A DNA stretch of 33,251 bases from Vitrella brassicaformis CCMP3155 (taxonomy: Eukaryota; Protista; Chromerida): assembly GCA_001179505.1 (NCBI GenBank), contig CDMY01000671.1:1-33251 (forward strand), given 5' to 3'. The notes under the pieces were generated by a model. The model ran no database searches. It saw nothing but the letters and a program-made list of their open reading frames with translations, and was not told the DNA's origin. Each line of letters opens with the position of its first letter. Within the stretch, counting starts at the first letter, position 1. Below are positions 31,197-33,251 of the stretch, piece after piece. A program made the position numbers and the translations under genes.

Positions 31197-31726
31197 AGAC
31201 ATTCATCATATATACATTCTCCAAGTCGACGCGTGCGTGCGCAGATATACGCACACAGACATTTAACACATACCCACACTCCATGTCTAAATGTGCATGC
31301 GCAGGTGTGCGCACAAAGACATTCATCATATACACACTCCATGTCTAAATGTGCATGCGCAGGTGTGCGAATACAGACATTCATCATATACGCACTGAAC
31401 GTCCACACGTGCATGCGCAGGTGTGCGCACAGAAAGATTCATCATATACACACCACACAGACATTCATCATATACACACACACTCCAAGCCCAAACGCCA
31501 AACGTGCATACGCAGGTGTGCGCACACAGACGTTCATCATATACACACACTCCACGTCCAAAAGTACATGCGCAGGTGTACGAATACAGACATTCATCAT
31601 ATGCGCACTGAACGTCCACACGTGCATGCGCAGGTGTGCGCACAGAAAGATTCATCATATACCCACACTCCACGTCCAAACGTGCATACGCAGGTGCGCG
31701 CAGAGACATTCATCACATATACACTC
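31197..31726 (+). repeat. 60-bp satellite array
   Basis: Starts mid-monomer (agacattcatc) directly at the end of the copia fragment; contains a repeated gaatacagac...ctgaacgtccacac...agaaagattc block (~31352 and ~31566). Confidence 0.95.
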
Positions 31727-32344
31727 TGCAGCCAAGAGACACCAAGCAACACATGTCTGTAATATGCAAAAAAGTATGTCTGTGTGTATGTATGCCGCTA
31801 ACCAGACATCGTTGTCGAATGCCTTTTCTGTGCACACACATATGGCACAACCACACGGAGTAAGATGATGTGTGTGTGTATGTGTGTGTCGACGTATTTT
31901 GCATTGCTCTTCTGGCTTCAGGGATCCATCTGCGGCCGTTCTGCAGGAGGCCGTGCAGAGCCGTGATGCACGTCGAGGAAATCTCTTAGTGGCCTCGAGT
32001 TGGTGCAGAGGATGCATTCTTCTCTAGCTTCCTCCGGAGACGGCAGTGAGACGGGGCAGCAGGATGGGTCATTCTCACCGCCATCCGCCCCTCCGCCTGC
32101 CCGCCGCCTGCCAGAGCCAGCCGGAGGGGAATGGAGAGCCTCTGTATGACTGAAGTTGTGGTCAAGGGAGAAGAGGAGAAAGAGGGGGAGAATTGCATAT
32201 CATTCGATACGCCATGGAGAGACGGACACAGTGCCGAGATAATTCGATGGCTTAGGAAGGAGAAAAGAGTCTGGGGGCCTGTCGAGATTTTCTAGAACAC
32301 GTTAGGGGGAGAAGACATTATGGTTGATTGACGCTTCGTTCATT

Positions 32345-33076
32345 CAGTCTGCAAGTCCACACGTGCATGCGCAGGTGTGCGTACAGACCCCTCCCTCTAA
32401 CTCGACGCATCCGTACCTGTGCAGGTGTGCGCACAGATACGTTCACCACATACACCCCCTCTAACTCCACGCGTACGTGTGCATGCGCAGGTGTGCGGAC
32501 AGAGATACCCCCTTCAAGTCCACGCGTGCATGCGCTTGTGTGCGCACAGATACGTTCATCCCATGTTCCGTTCGGACGTCCCTGCGTGCTTTCGCACACC
32601 TTGCCAACAGAAACACTCTTTCCTACTGGAGGCACCCGTGCATACACAGGTGTGTGCACAGAGACATTCCTCCCATATACCGTCTGCAAGTCCACGCGTT
32701 CATACGCAAACATGCGCGCAGAGGTATTCATCATATACGCCCCCTGCAAGTTTACGCGTGTAGGTGCAGGTGTGCGCACAGAACGATGATCCCATATACC
32801 GTTTGCACGTCCTTGTGTGCATGCGCAGGTGTGCAGACAGACACACTCCCTTCAACTCAATGCATCCGTGTAGGTGCAGGTGTGCGCACAGAAACTCTCA
32901 TCATATACACGCCATTCAACTCCACGCGTACGCGTGGATGCGCTTGTGTGCGCAGAGAGGCATTCATCTCATATACCGTCTGCAATTTGACGCGTGTGTG
33001 AGGAGTGCGCCTGCACTTGGTTCATGTGTGCAATGAATATGCTTATGCGTTCACCTGCGCACACCTGTAGTTAGCC
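32345..33076 (+). repeat. ~690-bp satellite-derived dispersed repeat, copy 2
   Basis: Inverted counterpart of 23863-24540; homology ends at cacctgtagtt(a/g)gcc. Confidence 0.9.
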
Positions 33077-33251
33077 ATCATCTTTGCTTGCTTGCTGTGT
33101 GCATGAATGCAACTGGGCCTGACGTTTTTGCTGTGGCTCGCCCAGTGGGCAAGAAGCGTCCGATCAGGGTTTGCTACTAGCCGTTTTTCTCTGTTCGCTT
33201 CCAAGCTATGTAGCTTGACACACTGAAGCAAGGCGAGTCAGTGAGGTTGGT

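Overview
Intron-rich, GC-rich eukaryotic DNA. The short GT-AG introns with (CA)n/(CAGA)n tracts and the gene families present suggest a chromerid alga such as Vitrella, but this is inference only. The window is mostly decayed mobile elements and gene fragments. One apparently intact gene encodes a secreted or surface LRR + EGF/GCC2-GCC3 protein (921-5348, minus). The fragments are the C-terminal part of a multi-pass membrane module, an MFS sugar-transporter pseudogene, an ankyrin-repeat TRP-like channel pseudogene, the 5' part of a MOLO-1/TPM-domain gene and a CCCH zinc-finger exon set. Mobile elements are a Penelope-like RT relic, a full-length but decayed Ty1/copia LTR retrotransposon (13666-19485, minus) and a second, more diverged copia fragment. 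A 60-bp satellite occurs as several dispersed arrays, with a 4-monomer (240-bp) higher-order repeat and a ~690-bp derivative present twice in inverted orientation; the arrays repeatedly abut the broken ends of genes. The most unusual feature is an array of eight small hairpins with a constant C-G-T-G-(T/C/A) loop and co-varying stems (19991-20247). It sits directly upstream of an unidentified Cys-rich ORF cassette whose second ORF looks like an RBR ligase lacking the catalytic Cys. There are two fixed-size 300-N assembly gaps. No rRNA, tRNA or CRISPR array was found. All alignments and counts were done by eye.
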